A stretch of DNA of 64,000 nucleotides from the NCBI GenBank assembly GCA_031361295.1, contig JANMCN010000036.1:3716-67715 (forward strand), written 5' to 3'. Under the pieces are notes generated by a model, which worked only from the letters and a program-made list of their open reading frames with translations, made no database searches and was not told the origin of the DNA. Of the stretch, positions 45,630 through 59,086 are shown piece after piece. Made by a program: the position numbers and the translations under genes. The stretch is from Acidobacteriota bacterium (lineage in GTDB: Bacteria; Acidobacteriota; Vicinamibacteria; Vicinamibacterales; 2-12-FULL-66-21). Numbering within the stretch: the stretch's first letter is position 1; every line of letters starts with the position of its first letter.

Positions 45630-46082
45630 TCAGCCCTTCACGGCATCCCGGATCCGCCGGGCCGGGCTGCCGGGAACGCGGCTCGATACCTGCAGCCGCG
45701 CCATCGACTTCATCAAGGCCACCCGTGCCCGCTCGTAGTCGATGTCGGACCTGGCGTGGGCGAGCCGTTCCTCCGCACGCCGGCGCGACGCCTCCGCACG
45801 CTCCACGCTGATGTCTTCCGCCCGCTCGGCAAGGCGCGCGAGGATGGTGACACGGTCGGGAAGCACTTCGGCGAAGCCGAACGCGATGGAGAGAAACACC
45901 TTCTCCTGCCCCTTGCGGTACCACAGCTCGCCGACCGCGAGCGCGGCGAGCAGCGGCGTATGGCCCGGCAGCACGCCGAAGTACCCCTCTGATCCCGGGA
46001 TCTCCACCTCGTCCACCTGTTCCTGGACGATGCGCCGCTCCGGGGTGACGATCTGGAGTTCGAGGTGAGCTGGGAGCGCCAT
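45630..46082 (-). CDS. atpC: F-type ATP synthase epsilon subunit
   Basis: 150 aa. Contains LELQIVTPERRIVQEQVDEVEIPGSEGYFGVLPGHTP. Confidence 0.9.
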   Translation of the reverse strand: MALPAHLELQIVTPERRIVQEQVDEVEIPGSEGYFGVLPGHTPLLAALAVGELWYRKGQEKVFLSIAFGFAEVLPDRVTILARLAERAEDISVERAEASRRRAEERLAHARSDIDYERARVALMKSMARLQVSSRVPGSPARRIRDAVKG

Positions 46083-46085
46083 GGG

Positions 46086-47672
<1,587 letters not shown>

Positions 47673-48557
47673 CTACAGCGCCTGCGCGCCCGAGACGACC
47701 TCGATGATTTCCCGCGTGATGGCGGCCTGGCGCACCTTGTTCATGTAGAGCGTCAGCGCTTCGATCATGTCCCCGGAGTTGCGCGTCGCGGCGTCCATTG
47801 CCGTCATCTGCGCCGCATAGAACGCGGCGTGCGACTCCAGGAGCGCACGGAAGATCTGCACTTCCACGTAGCTCGGCAGCAGGTGCGCGAACAACTCCTC
47901 CGGCCGCGGCTCGTACAGATAGTCGACGACCGGCGCGCCCGCCGGCGCGTTCGCCGCGGAGGGAAACGAGCCGCGCGGGATCGGGAGCAGCTGTTCGACG
48001 ACGACATGCTGCACCATCACGGACTTGAACTCGTTGAAGGCGAGGAACACGCTGTCCACCTCGCCGCCGACGAACGCGTCGATTGCCGCACGCGCGATCT
48101 GCTGCGCGTGGTCGAACGTCAGCTGCGCGAACAGGTTCACCTGCTCGTAGACGATCTCGAACGGGCGCCGGGCATAGAAATCACGCCCGCGCCGCCCGAT
48201 GAGGCCCAGCGCCACCTGCCGGCTGCCCTGCTCGACGATGAACGCGCCGGACGCCTTGATGACGTTCGTGTTGAAGCTGCCGCACAGGCCGCGATCCGCG
48301 GTAACCACGAGGAGCAGCGACTTGTGGTTCGCCTTCGGCTCCGCGCGCTCGTCGAGCAGCGGATGGGCCGCCGGATCCACGCGGGACGCGAGGCTGCCGA
48401 GCACGCGGCGCATCTCGGTGGCGAATGGTCGGGCCTGTTGCACGCGCTCCTGCGCGCGGCGAAGCCGCGACGCGGCCACCATCTTCATGGCCTTGGTGAT
48501 CTGCTGCGTCGACTTGACCGCGCGCACCCGCCGCCTGATGTCTATGAGTGAAGGCAT
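47673..48557 (-). CDS. atpG: F-type ATP synthase gamma subunit
   Basis: [32 protein letters not shown] at the N-terminus and [14 protein letters not shown] at the C-terminus. Confidence 0.95.
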   Translation of the reverse strand: MPSLIDIRRRVRAVKSTQQITKAMKMVAASRLRRAQERVQQARPFATEMRRVLGSLASRVDPAAHPLLDERAEPKANHKSLLLVVTADRGLCGSFNTNVIKASGAFIVEQGSRQVALGLIGRRGRDFYARRPFEIVYEQVNLFAQLTFDHAQQIARAAIDAFVGGEVDSVFLAFNEFKSVMVQHVVVEQLLPIPRGSFPSAANAPAGAPVVDYLYEPRPEELFAHLLPSYVEVQIFRALLESHAAFYAAQMTAMDAATRNSGDMIEALTLYMNKVRQAAITREIIEVVSGAQAL

Positions 48558-48588
48558 GATTCTTCAACTATCGGCTGTCCGCCCCCGC

Positions 48589-50118
<1,530 letters not shown>

Positions 50119-50274
50119 GATGTTGTCTCGTCCGGCTGCGCCCCCCGGACGCGGATTGTCCTGTTGTCGTTGAGCGCGGTCGGCGGCGTCACCCGATGCG
50201 GCTCCCGCGGCAGGCCCGCCGTCGGAGGCCCGGGCACTGCCGGGCGGCCCGCTGGACGCGACCCCGGCGCGCGC

Positions 50275-50835
50275 TCAGGTGGCGATCGCCACGAGCGCGT
50301 CTCGCATCTTTTCGAGCTGGCGCGTGACGCTGCCGTCGTACACCGTGCTGCCGATCCGGGTGATGGCCCCGCCGATAATCGAGGCATCGACGCGCGTCTC
50401 GAGATGCACGTCCTCGGCACGTCGTCCCGTCGCCTGCGCCAGCCCGTCGCGGAGCGCGGCCGCGCGTTCCGGCGGCAGGGCGACCGCGGTCACGACCTCG
50501 ACCCTGATCACGTTGGCGTGCTCCAGCAGGCGTGAGCGGTAGGCCGCGACGATCTGGGGGAGGAGCGCCAGCCGGTCGCGATCCGCGAGCAGGCGCAGCA
50601 GCTTGGCGACGGTCGGCGAGGCCGTGCCCGCGCGCAGCAGCAGCTGGTCGACGACCGCGCGCTTCTGTGCCGCCGGGACGCCGGGATTCGACAACACGCG
50701 CTCGAGGCCTTCGTGGCCGGCGACGATCCGCCCGAACTCCTCCAGGTCGCGGCCGGCCTGCTGCACGTCCGATTCCTTCAGCGCCACGTCGAACAACGCG
50801 CGCGCGTAGCGAACCCCGGCCGCCCGGCTCGTCAT
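50275..50835 (-). CDS. atpH: F-type ATP synthase delta (OSCP) subunit
   Basis: 186 aa. Contains RYARALFDVA... and SIIGGAITRIGSTVYDGSV. Confidence 0.9.
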   Translation of the reverse strand: MTSRAAGVRYARALFDVALKESDVQQAGRDLEEFGRIVAGHEGLERVLSNPGVPAAQKRAVVDQLLLRAGTASPTVAKLLRLLADRDRLALLPQIVAAYRSRLLEHANVIRVEVVTAVALPPERAAALRDGLAQATGRRAEDVHLETRVDASIIGGAITRIGSTVYDGSVTRQLEKMRDALVAIAT

Positions 50836-51509
50836 CGGACCTCCCGGAGCTGCGCCGTGTAGCGGTCGACCAGCCGCAACTGATCGTCCGCCGTGATCGA
50901 TTGCCTGATCCGTGTTTCCGCCACGTTCACCGCCAGCTGGGCGGCGTGGGCGGTGAGCTCGCGGCGCGCCACGCGCAGCCGCACCTCGATCTCGCGGCGC
51001 GTCTGTTCGAGCAGCCGCTCACGATCGGCGGCAGCCGCCTGGGCAATCCGGGCCTGCTCGGCCGCCAGGTCCTGCGCGCCCTGCGCCTTGAGCGCCTCGA
51101 GCTCGGCGGGGAGCGTCCGCAACTTGCGATCGATTTCAGCGAGCTGCTCGGTCGCAGCCGCCCGCGTCTCGGCCGCGGTGACGAGATCCTGGCGAATCGC
51201 CGCCGTCCTCGACGACAGGTGCAGGCCGATCGGCCCCTTCAGGAAATACACGAGTACGCCCACCAGGATGCCGAAGTTCGCGAGCTTGGCCACGGACTGG
51301 AGCGGAGTCTGCTCGTGCGGCGCCTCTGTCTCGCCTGGTGCCTCAGCCGCCGCCGCGGGCGTTTCGCGCTGAGCCGCCGCGGCCACCGGCGCGGCCACGA
51401 GCATCAGAAGCAGCCACAGCCACGCCACGCCGCGCGCGAGGCGGAGCAGTGTCTGGCCCTGTTGGCTGGGGGATGTCATAGAGATGGTTACTTCGGAACC
51501 GGTGGTCAA
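50832..51509 (-). CDS. atpF: F-type ATP synthase b subunit with N-terminal signal-like extension
   Basis: TM FGILVGVLVYFL followed by a long coiled coil. An extra N-terminal hydrophobic segment and acidic linker are present. Start is TTG at 51509 (TTGA overlap) or ATG at 51479. Confidence 0.75.
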   Translation of the reverse strand: MTTGSEVTISMTSPSQQGQTLLRLARGVAWLWLLLMLVAAPVAAAAQRETPAAAAEAPGETEAPHEQTPLQSVAKLANFGILVGVLVYFLKGPIGLHLSSRTAAIRQDLVTAAETRAAATEQLAEIDRKLRTLPAELEALKAQGAQDLAAEQARIAQAAAADRERLLEQTRREIEVRLRVARRELTAHAAQLAVNVAETRIRQSITADDQLRLVDRYTAQLREVR

Positions 51510-51934
51510 GATGCCCGACGGCCAAGGATGCGTTCGGCCACGGCCGCCCCGAGCGCATCGGCTTCGGCCTCAAGACCGCGGCGGGCCTGTTCCGCCTCAG
51601 CCGCGAGGCGGGCCGACGCGGCCGCAATGTCGGATTCTGCCTGGGCGCGCGTGCGAGAGAGGGTCTCGGCCCGCTCCTCCATCGCGGCGCGGCGCATCTC
51701 GTCCATCTGCCGGTAGAGCTCGGCGCGGGCGTCGGCCGTCTTCCGCTCGAACTCGGCAGATGCCAGTCGCGCCTGCTGCGCCGACCGCTCGGCAAGCTCG
51801 CGCGCGGACGTCACCGCGCTGGCGCGCGCCTCCATGACCCGCAGCACCGGTTTGAAGAGCAGTCGGTTCAGAAGGGCCGTGAGCAATAGCACGAAAAAAA
51901 TGACCCACAGGACCGACGACGGATCCGGGAGCAC
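51506..51934 (-). CDS. F-type ATP synthase b' subunit
   Basis: Start set to the GTG at 51934, with a GGAGG SD 4 nt upstream. TM VLWVIFFVLLLTALL followed by a coiled coil. Confidence 0.7.
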   Translation of the reverse strand: MLPDPSSVLWVIFFVLLLTALLNRLLFKPVLRVMEARASAVTSARELAERSAQQARLASAEFERKTADARAELYRQMDEMRRAAMEERAETLSRTRAQAESDIAAASARLAAEAEQARRGLEAEADALGAAVAERILGRRAS

Positions 51935-52045
51935 GATACCTCCGAAGTGCGATTCAAGGCCGCTCAGCCGCGCATTTGCGCGGCAACCCAAACATTGATT
52001 TATACCACTCGGGCTGAACCCCGCGCAACGAAGGAAAGACCCGCG

Positions 52046-53077
52046 TCAGACAACCACGATGGCGGCGCCCGCCGCCGCGGTGGCCCGGCCAATCCGGGCT
52101 GACGCGACGCCGGCGGCCGCGAGCGAAGCCACGACGGCATCCGCGTGCACGGGATCGACCGCCAGCAGCAGCCCGCCGGACGTCTGTGGGTCGTAAAGAA
52201 GGTCGATCAGCTCTGGCGCGATCCCCGCCGCGACCGTGACGCGCGTACCGAAATGCTCACGATTCGTCCGCCCGCCGCCGGGGATGTTTCCGTGCACGAG
52301 CGCACGCGCGCCGTCGAGGAGCGGGACCCGGTCGGCCTGCACCTCCAGGGAACAGCGGCTCGACGCCGCCATTTCGGCCGCATGTCCGATGAGCCCGAAG
52401 CCGGTGATGTCGGTGCAGGCATGCACGGCCCCGCCGTGCGCGAGGACCACCTCCGCCGCCGTACGGTTCAGCGTGGTCATCGAACGAACGGCGGCCGCGA
52501 TCGCGTCCTGCGGCGCGCGTGCGAACTTCAGCGCGGTCGCGATGATCCCGGTGCCTATGGGTTTGGTCAGGAGCAGAACGTCCCCCGGCAGGGCGCCCCC
52601 GTTGGCGAGGACGCGGTCCGGGTGCACTTCTCCCGTGACCGCATATCCGAATTTGACTTCCGTGTCCTGCACGGTATGTCCGCCGAGCAGCACGACGCCG
52701 GCTTCGCGGAGCTTTTCGAGGCCCCCCGCAAAAATCTGCTTCAGCACGGCCCGGTCGAGATCGACGGGAAACGCCGCAATCGCCAGCGCGGTCAGCGGCC
52801 GGCCGCCCATCGCGTACACGTCACTCAGCGCGTTCGCCGCCGCGATCTGGCCGTACACGAACGGGTCGTCGACAATCGGCGTGAAAAAGTCGACCGTCTG
52901 CACGAGCGCGCGATGCGCGTCGAGCCGGTACACACCGGCATCGTCCGAGGTCCGATAATCGATGAGGACCCGGTCGTCGTCATTGACGGGCAAATCACCC
53001 AGCACCTGGGCGAGCTCGCCGGCGGCGAGCTTGCTCGCTCAACCGGCGCAGGCGGCGTAGTCGGTCAGACGGCGCAT
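52046..53077 (-). CDS. selD: selenide, water dikinase (selenophosphate synthetase) containing in-frame UGA = selenocysteine
   Basis: Joining track ORFs 52046..53005 and the last 12 codons of 53039..53746 across the TGA at 53041..53039 gives MRRLTDYAACAG-U-ASKLAAGELAQVLGDLP. This aligns with E. coli RLTQYSHGAGC17GCK20ISPKVLETIL, placing Sec at the Cys17 position with Lys20 conserved. Confidence 0.85.
53013..53031 (-). other. candidate SECIS-like hairpin 3' of the selD UGA
   Basis: AGCUCGCC-GCC-GGCGAGCU, an 8-bp perfect stem beginning 7 nt after the UGA. An alternative fold is GCGAG-CAAG-CUCGC immediately after the UGA. Confidence 0.4.
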
Positions 53078-53148
53078 TCTCTCCTCGGGTCTCCTGGTTT
53101 CAGCTCTCGGGTTCTCGGCCTGCGTGGGTCGGTTCCGGTCGCGCCGCG

Positions 53149-54006
53149 TCACGGCTCCGTCAGGGCTTCGTAGAGGCGGTTCAGTTCCTCTTCCGATGCG
53201 AAATCGATCTCGATGGTTCCCCCTTTCCGTTTGCGCGCGATTCGCACCCGCGTGCCGAGCGTGAAGCGCAGGCGTTCTTCGGCGGCGCGTGTGTGAACGT
53301 CCTTTTCCACAGCCGCCGGCGTTTCGGCCGCCGGCTGCGACTGCTTCTTGACGAGCGCTTCCGTCTCTCGCACCGACAGGCCCCGGGCGATCACGTCCCG
53401 CGCGAGACGCAGCTGGGCGGGCTCGTCGGCGAGAGCGAGCAGCGTGCGGGCATGCCCCATCGACAGGGCGCCCGAGCCGAGGTGCGCGCGGATTTCCTGG
53501 GGCAGCTTCAGCAGGCGCAGAACATTCGCCACCGACGATCGCTCCTTGCCGACCGCGTCCGCGATCTGTTCCTGCGTCAGCTGGTACTCGTCGGCCAGAC
53601 GCCGGTACGCCGTGGCCTCTTCGATCGGGTTCAGGTCCTCGCGCTGGATGTTCTCGATGAGCGCCACGGCGAGCAGGCGCTCGTCCGGGACGTCCCGCAC
53701 CACCACGGGCACTTTGAGCAGGCCGGCGCGCTGCGACGCGCGCCACCGCCGCTCGCCGGCCACGATCTCGTAGCCTCCGTCGGCCTTGCGCACGACGATC
53801 GGCTGGATGATGCCGTTGGCGCGGATGGACCGGGCGAGCTCCTCGATCTTCTCCTCGTCCATCGTCGTGCGCGGCTGAAACCTGTTCGGGCGGAGCAGGT
53901 CGCTGTCGACGTCGAGGCTGCGGTCGGCGGCGGCCGGGGCCGGCGGAAGCGTGTCGGGAATGAGGGCGGACAAGCCGCGCCCAAGTGCGGGTCGCTTTTC
54001 AGCCAT
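53149..54006 (-). CDS. parB: chromosome partitioning protein ParB (Spo0J)
   Basis: Start MAEKRPALGRGLSALIP. GERRWRA box and HTH QEQIADAVGKERSSVANVLRLL. Confidence 0.92.
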   Translation of the reverse strand: MAEKRPALGRGLSALIPDTLPPAPAAADRSLDVDSDLLRPNRFQPRTTMDEEKIEELARSIRANGIIQPIVVRKADGGYEIVAGERRWRASQRAGLLKVPVVVRDVPDERLLAVALIENIQREDLNPIEEATAYRRLADEYQLTQEQIADAVGKERSSVANVLRLLKLPQEIRAHLGSGALSMGHARTLLALADEPAQLRLARDVIARGLSVRETEALVKKQSQPAAETPAAVEKDVHTRAAEERLRFTLGTRVRIARKRKGGTIEIDFASEEELNRLYEALTEP

Positions 54007-54808
54007 GGGATTGCTCCGTGCCGGCGGTGATGGGGGCGCCGTCGCGCGCGAGCACCTCGCGCGCCAAGGCGAGATAGGCCTCCGCGCCGCGTGATTTGAC
54101 GTCGTAGACAATCGCGGGGAGCCCGTGGCTGGGCGCCTCGCCGAGCCGGATGTTCCGCGGGATGACGACATCGAAAACGCGTGCCTCGAAAAACGCGCGA
54201 ATGTCGCGGGCGACCTGCTGCCCCAGGTTCGTCCGCTCGTCATACATCGTCATCAGCACGCCCGCGATGTCGAGCGACGGGTTGAAGGCTGCCCGCACGC
54301 GGCGCAGCGTGGCGACGAGATCGGCGAGCCCTTCGAGCGCGAAGTACTCGCAGTTGAGGGGAATCAGCACCGCATCGGCGGCGACGAGCGCGTTGAGCGT
54401 GAGGAGCCCGAGCGACGGCGGCGTGTCGATGAACACGTAGTCGAACTCCGGCCGCAGCCGATCGAGGACCCGGCGCAGCCGCAGTTCGCGATGCGGAAGC
54501 GACACGAGATCGATCTCGGCCCCGGTGAGATCGCGGTCGGCCGGGATGAGCGAGAGCCCGGCCACACTGGTCGACAGCAGGAAGGCGGAGGGGTCGTCTA
54601 CGTCCGCGGTGAGCGCCTGATACACCGTGCCCGCGGCGGCGGTCTGCCCCTTGAGCCCTACACCGCTCGTGAGATTGGCCTGTGGATCCATATCGACGAG
54701 CAACACCCGCTGGTCCGCCAGGGCCAGGGAGGCTGCCAGATTGATGGCCGTCGTGGTTTTGCCGACGCCGCCTTTCTGATTGGCAACTGCGCGAATGCGG
54801 GCATTCAT
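53999..54808 (-). CDS. parA: chromosome partitioning ATPase ParA (Soj)
   Basis: Start MNARIRAVANQKGGVGKTT (deviant Walker A). 8-nt overlap with parB. Confidence 0.92.
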   Translation of the reverse strand: MNARIRAVANQKGGVGKTTTAINLAASLALADQRVLLVDMDPQANLTSGVGLKGQTAAAGTVYQALTADVDDPSAFLLSTSVAGLSLIPADRDLTGAEIDLVSLPHRELRLRRVLDRLRPEFDYVFIDTPPSLGLLTLNALVAADAVLIPLNCEYFALEGLADLVATLRRVRAAFNPSLDIAGVLMTMYDERTNLGQQVARDIRAFFEARVFDVVIPRNIRLGEAPSHGLPAIVYDVKSRGAEAYLALAREVLARDGAPITAGTEQSHG

Positions 54809-55118
54809 TAGGTCGAATAACCTACAATGTCGAGTGACGACGAGGTGGTGGAAGAAGCATAGCGCTCGCTCGGTCAGCCGCGCAACGAAAACCAAAGGGA
54901 GGCACCTGACCTCAGCTGGGCCCTCCAGTTGCGACCTCAGCACTAGCAGGCGAGGATCCGTGGACTCGCACCCCTGTTAGAAAGTCGGTAACCCTCAGAT
55001 TCAGACATCAGTCGTCTTCGGCATGTGCATGTTCGTACCTTGAGGTCGTAGTCGCCTGGCGCGTGCGGAACTCAAGTAGAGCTTGCCTGGCGCTGCCGAC
55101 ATACCGAGAACTTCGCGA

Positions 55119-55134
55119 TGTTCCACGTGGAACA
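55119..55134. promoter_or_regulatory. parS centromere site
   Basis: TGTTCCACGTGGAACA is a perfect 16-bp palindrome matching consensus TGTTNCACGTGNAACA. It lies 10 nt downstream of the rsmG stop and upstream of parAB. Confidence 0.85.
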
Positions 55135-55143
55135 CTCTAGAAG

Positions 55144-55788
55144 CTAGAAAGCGGTCTTTTGAAGAATGGTGAGCCGGCTCTGCAGGGAATCGACGAGCGG
55201 ATACGTGTTCACCCAACGCAACATCGGCACGGACTGCGGTTCTTTCGGACCGCCCGGCCCCCGAAACATGAACATCGAACCGCCAGGCCGAAGGAACGCC
55301 TGCAGCGTCATCAAACTTCGCGGCTCGACCCGAACCGCCCGCAAGGACAGCACGGTTACCGACTCGTGCAGCTCGGGACGAGCGAGGAGCTCCTCAAAAC
55401 GGCTAGTCTCCACCACGGTGTCGCTCAATTCCAAGGTGCGGATCGCCTCGCGCAGGAACGCGGACTTTCGAGCTTTGACTTCCACCATCGTCAGGACGGA
55501 CAGGGGAGACGCCAGCTTCAGCGGGATGGCTGGGGAGCCACCTCCCGAGCCGACATCCATGAGACGCAGGTCGGCTGTGGGGAGATGGCGGGCGGCCAGA
55601 ATGGGCTCCAACAGGAGGCGGTCGATGGCCTCGTCCGGATCGTCCAGTGCAGTGAGATTGATCTTGCGATTCCAACGCGCGAGCAGTTCGTAGTACGTGA
55701 GCAGCCGCTCGGAGAGCTCATCTGACAGGAAAATACCCGAGCGGCCCGCACGCCGGCTCAAACGAGTCCTGAGATCGCGCGCTGCCAC
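55144..55788 (-). CDS. rsmG: 16S rRNA (guanine527-N7)-methyltransferase
   Basis: 214 aa. Contains WNRKINLTA and MDVGSGGGSPAIPL. Confidence 0.9.
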   Translation of the reverse strand: MAARDLRTRLSRRAGRSGIFLSDELSERLLTYYELLARWNRKINLTALDDPDEAIDRLLLEPILAARHLPTADLRLMDVGSGGGSPAIPLKLASPLSVLTMVEVKARKSAFLREAIRTLELSDTVVETSRFEELLARPELHESVTVLSLRAVRVEPRSLMTLQAFLRPGGSMFMFRGPGGPKEPQSVPMLRWVNTYPLVDSLQSRLTILQKTAF

Positions 55789-55800
55789 CTCGTCAGATTA

Positions 55801-57642
55801 TCAGACAGCGGTGGAAGTGCGCGCGTGCTGAATGCAGCTGGCGATGAGGGCCACGGCGGCAGGTGTCACGCCGGGGATGCGCGAGGCGTGGCCGAGTGTC
55901 GCTGGCCTGATATGGGAGAGGCGTTCGACCATCTCACGCGAGAGGCCGGGGATACCTGTGAACACAAACCCGGCAGGGATCGCGCGGGTCTCCTGCTTCC
56001 GCTGGCGTTCGACGGCCAGCGTCTGTCGTTTGAGGTAACCCTCGTACTTGAACTCGGTCTCGACGCTGGCGATGTCAATCAGCGCGTCGTGCGAATCCGT
56101 GACCAATGACAGCTGCCCGGACGCCTGCAGCGCCTCCAGACGGACATCCGGATGTTTCAACGCTCTGGCGGCAGGGATCCGCTCGCCCCCCGAAACGGTT
56201 ACGGCCGCGCGATTGACCACGAGGCAGTTGTGCTGGAAACGGTCCAGACGCCTCGCAAATCTCTCCCAGCGCAGGTCGTCCACCAGACCGCACGCCCGGC
56301 CGCGCGTCGTCAATCGAAGATCCGCGTTGTCGACCCGCAGCAGCAGGCGATGTTCGGCCCGCGACGTGAACATACGGTACGGTTCCAGGCATCCCTTGGT
56401 GGTGAGATCGTCGACGAGAATCCCGATGTACGCCTCGCCCCGTCCGAGGACGAACGGCACGTCCGCGTCGAAACGTGCGGCGTTGACTCCGGCGATGAGC
56501 CCCTGGGCGGCCGCCTCCTCGTAGCCGGAGGTGCCGTTGATCTGGCCAGCCAGGAACAGCCCTCGCACCCTGCGGGTTTCGAGCGACGCGCGCAGCTCCG
56601 TCGGCTGGATGAAGTCGTACTCTACGGCATATCCCGGACGCAGCACCTCCGCGGATTCGAGCCCGGGCAGCGCATGAACCAGGTCCGCCTGCACGTCCGC
56701 AGGCAGGCTCATCGAGAATCCGTTCACGTAGACTTCGTCCACGTCCAACCCCTCCGGCTCCAGAAAAATCTGGTGCCTGTCGCGGTGGGGGAAACGCATG
56801 ATCTTGTCTTCGAGCGATGGACAGTACCTGGGTCCAATTCCGCGGATCTGCCCGTTGAAAAGCGGAGACTGGTCGATGTTCCGGCGCACCAGGTCGTGGA
56901 CACGTTCCGTCGTGTGCAGCAGGTGGCAGGCGATCTGAGGCCGGTCGATGGCATCGGTGAGAAACGAGAACGGGGCGGGCGGGTCATCGCCGTGCTGGGG
57001 GACGAACGCCGAAAAATCGATGCTCGCGCGGTGGAGACGAGGCGGCGTGCCGGTTTTGAGTCGGCCCCACTCGAATCCGAACGCCTTGAGCGACTCCGCC
57101 AGGTCGTGTGACGGAGGCTCGCCGATCCGGCCGGCCGGCCGCTGTTCGCGACCCACATGGATCAGACCGTTGAGAAAGGTGCCCGTCGTGACGACCAGGG
57201 CCCGACACCTGAACCGCTGGCCGTCCTCCAGCTCGAGGCCCGTGATTCCGGACGAGTCGGCCAGGATCCGCCCTGCGCGTCCAAAAATCCAGTGGATGCC
57301 AGGCTCCGCCCCCAGCGCCTCTTTGACCCACGCTGAATACCCGCGCTTGTCCGCCTGCGCGCGCGGCGACCAGACGGCAGGCCCCCGGCTCGTGTTGAGC
57401 ATCTTGAACTGGATGCCCGTCGCGTCGATGGCCTTGGCCATCAGCCCGCCCAGCGCGTCGATCTCCCGGACGAGATGCCCCTTGGCGGTTCCGCCCACCG
57501 CCGGGTTGCACGGCATGTGCGCGACCGTCCCGTCCGACAGCGTGCAGATCCCGACGGTCCGGCCGAGCCGCGCCGCGGCCCACGCCGCCTCGACCCCCGC
57601 GTGGCCCGCGCCGATAACGATGACGTCGAAGCCACTTTGCAT
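55801..57642 (-). CDS. mnmG: tRNA uridine-5-carboxymethylaminomethyl modification enzyme
   Basis: 613 aa. Contains [16 protein letters not shown] and [16 protein letters not shown]. Confidence 0.95.
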   Translation of the reverse strand: MQSGFDVIVIGAGHAGVEAAWAAARLGRTVGICTLSDGTVAHMPCNPAVGGTAKGHLVREIDALGGLMAKAIDATGIQFKMLNTSRGPAVWSPRAQADKRGYSAWVKEALGAEPGIHWIFGRAGRILADSSGITGLELEDGQRFRCRALVVTTGTFLNGLIHVGREQRPAGRIGEPPSHDLAESLKAFGFEWGRLKTGTPPRLHRASIDFSAFVPQHGDDPPAPFSFLTDAIDRPQIACHLLHTTERVHDLVRRNIDQSPLFNGQIRGIGPRYCPSLEDKIMRFPHRDRHQIFLEPEGLDVDEVYVNGFSMSLPADVQADLVHALPGLESAEVLRPGYAVEYDFIQPTELRASLETRRVRGLFLAGQINGTSGYEEAAAQGLIAGVNAARFDADVPFVLGRGEAYIGILVDDLTTKGCLEPYRMFTSRAEHRLLLRVDNADLRLTTRGRACGLVDDLRWERFARRLDRFQHNCLVVNRAAVTVSGGERIPAARALKHPDVRLEALQASGQLSLVTDSHDALIDIASVETEFKYEGYLKRQTLAVERQRKQETRAIPAGFVFTGIPGLSREMVERLSHIRPATLGHASRIPGVTPAAVALIASCIQHARTSTAV

Positions 57643-57648
57643 TGCAAA

Positions 57649-59001
57649 CTACTTTCCGATGCAGAACCGATCGAAGATGGCGTGCAGGACGTCGTCCGGC
57701 GTCCTCGCGCCCGTGACCTCCTCGAGACAGGCGCGCGCCTCGCTCACGTCGGCCGCCACGAACTCTTCGGGAGTTCCGCCCGCGGCCGCCGCGGACGCCC
57801 GGCCGAGCGCCGCACGCGCCCGGGTCAACAGTTCGACGTGCCGCATGTTCGTGATCGCCGGTATGTCGCGCAGCCGTTCGCCGCCGGCCAACGCCATGAC
57901 CATCGCGGCGCGCAACGGGTCGAAGCCCGCCCCGGTGCCCGCCGAAACGGACACGACCGGTCCCCCGAGCGCACGAGGATCCCACGCCGCCGGCAGGTCC
58001 GACTTGTTCCGGACTACGACGCGGCGCCCGACCGTCGTGCTCGACAGCAGCGCCTCATCATCGGCCGAGAGCGGGCGGGAGCCATCGAGCGTCACGATGA
58101 CGAGATCCGCGACCTGCCGGGCGGCATGGGCGCGCGCGATGCCCTCCGTCTCGACGGCGTCCACCGGTGCGGCGCGCAGCCCAGCGGTGTCGACGAGTGT
58201 CACCGCGATCCCGTCCAGATCGAGCACCTCGGTCAGGAGATCGCGCGTGGTGCCGGGGATGTCCGTCACGATCGCCCGCCCCGCACCGGCAAGGCGGTTG
58301 AAGATGCTGGACTTGCCCGCGTTCGGTCGGCCGAGGATGACGACCTGCGCGCCGTCGCGCACGAGGCGGCCGCGGGCGGCCTCGGCCAGCAGTGCGTCCA
58401 TTGATCGCCCGATCTCGTCGATCTCGATCGCCGCACGGCCCGGATCGATGAAGTGGTACCCCTCGTCCGCGAAATCGAGGGACGCTTCGAGTCGCGCGCT
58501 CATCTCGAACAGCGCCGTGTCGATCGCCGCGATGCGCGCCGTCAGGGTGCCCTCGAGCTGATCGAACGCCGCGCGGGCCTGCAGCGGCGTCACCGCATCG
58601 ACCAGGTCGTGCACCGCCTCCGCCTGCACCAGGTCGATGCGCCCGCGCAGGTACGCGCGGAAGGTGAACTCGCCCGGCTCGGCCAGCCGCGCGCCGGCCT
58701 GCACCGACGCCTGCACGATCCCATGAAGCAGAACGGGGCTGCCGTGCGCGCTGATTTCGAGCACGTCCTCGCCGGTGTACGAGTGCGGAGCGGGGAAGAA
58801 TGTCAGCACGGCGCGGTCGAACGCCGTCGCGTTGGCGATGATCCTCGACAGCGTCGCGCGCCGCGGCTCGAGCGCGGCCTGGCGGCCGGAAATACTGGCC
58901 GCGATCCCCAGCGCCCCTGGGCCGCTGACGCGGACCACGCCGATCCCGCCTCGACCCGCGGGCGTGGCAATCGCCACGATGGTGTCGTCGGGATTGAACA
59001 T
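57649..59001 (-). CDS. mnmE: tRNA modification GTPase
   Basis: Start MFNPDDTIVAIATPAGRGGIGVVRVSG. G1 motif GRPNAGKSS. C-terminal CIGK. Confidence 0.93.
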   Translation of the reverse strand: MFNPDDTIVAIATPAGRGGIGVVRVSGPGALGIAASISGRQAALEPRRATLSRIIANATAFDRAVLTFFPAPHSYTGEDVLEISAHGSPVLLHGIVQASVQAGARLAEPGEFTFRAYLRGRIDLVQAEAVHDLVDAVTPLQARAAFDQLEGTLTARIAAIDTALFEMSARLEASLDFADEGYHFIDPGRAAIEIDEIGRSMDALLAEAARGRLVRDGAQVVILGRPNAGKSSIFNRLAGAGRAIVTDIPGTTRDLLTEVLDLDGIAVTLVDTAGLRAAPVDAVETEGIARAHAARQVADLVIVTLDGSRPLSADDEALLSSTTVGRRVVVRNKSDLPAAWDPRALGGPVVSVSAGTGAGFDPLRAAMVMALAGGERLRDIPAITNMRHVELLTRARAALGRASAAAAGGTPEEFVAADVSEARACLEEVTGARTPDDVLHAIFDRFCIGK

Positions 59002-59086
59002 TTTCGGCGGACTTGCTTCGCGGTGGTCGACTCCAGCTGTGACGCCCATGCGTCCCGGAGTTACAGGGGCCGTGCCCAGGCTGGCT

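Noticed and set aside
53078-53746. Track ORF 53039..53746 (-) as an independent 235-aa gene
   Set aside because: Only its last 12 codons are meaningful, as the SelD N-terminus before the Sec UGA. The remainder is Arg/Ala/Gly/Pro-rich and overlaps parB in another frame.
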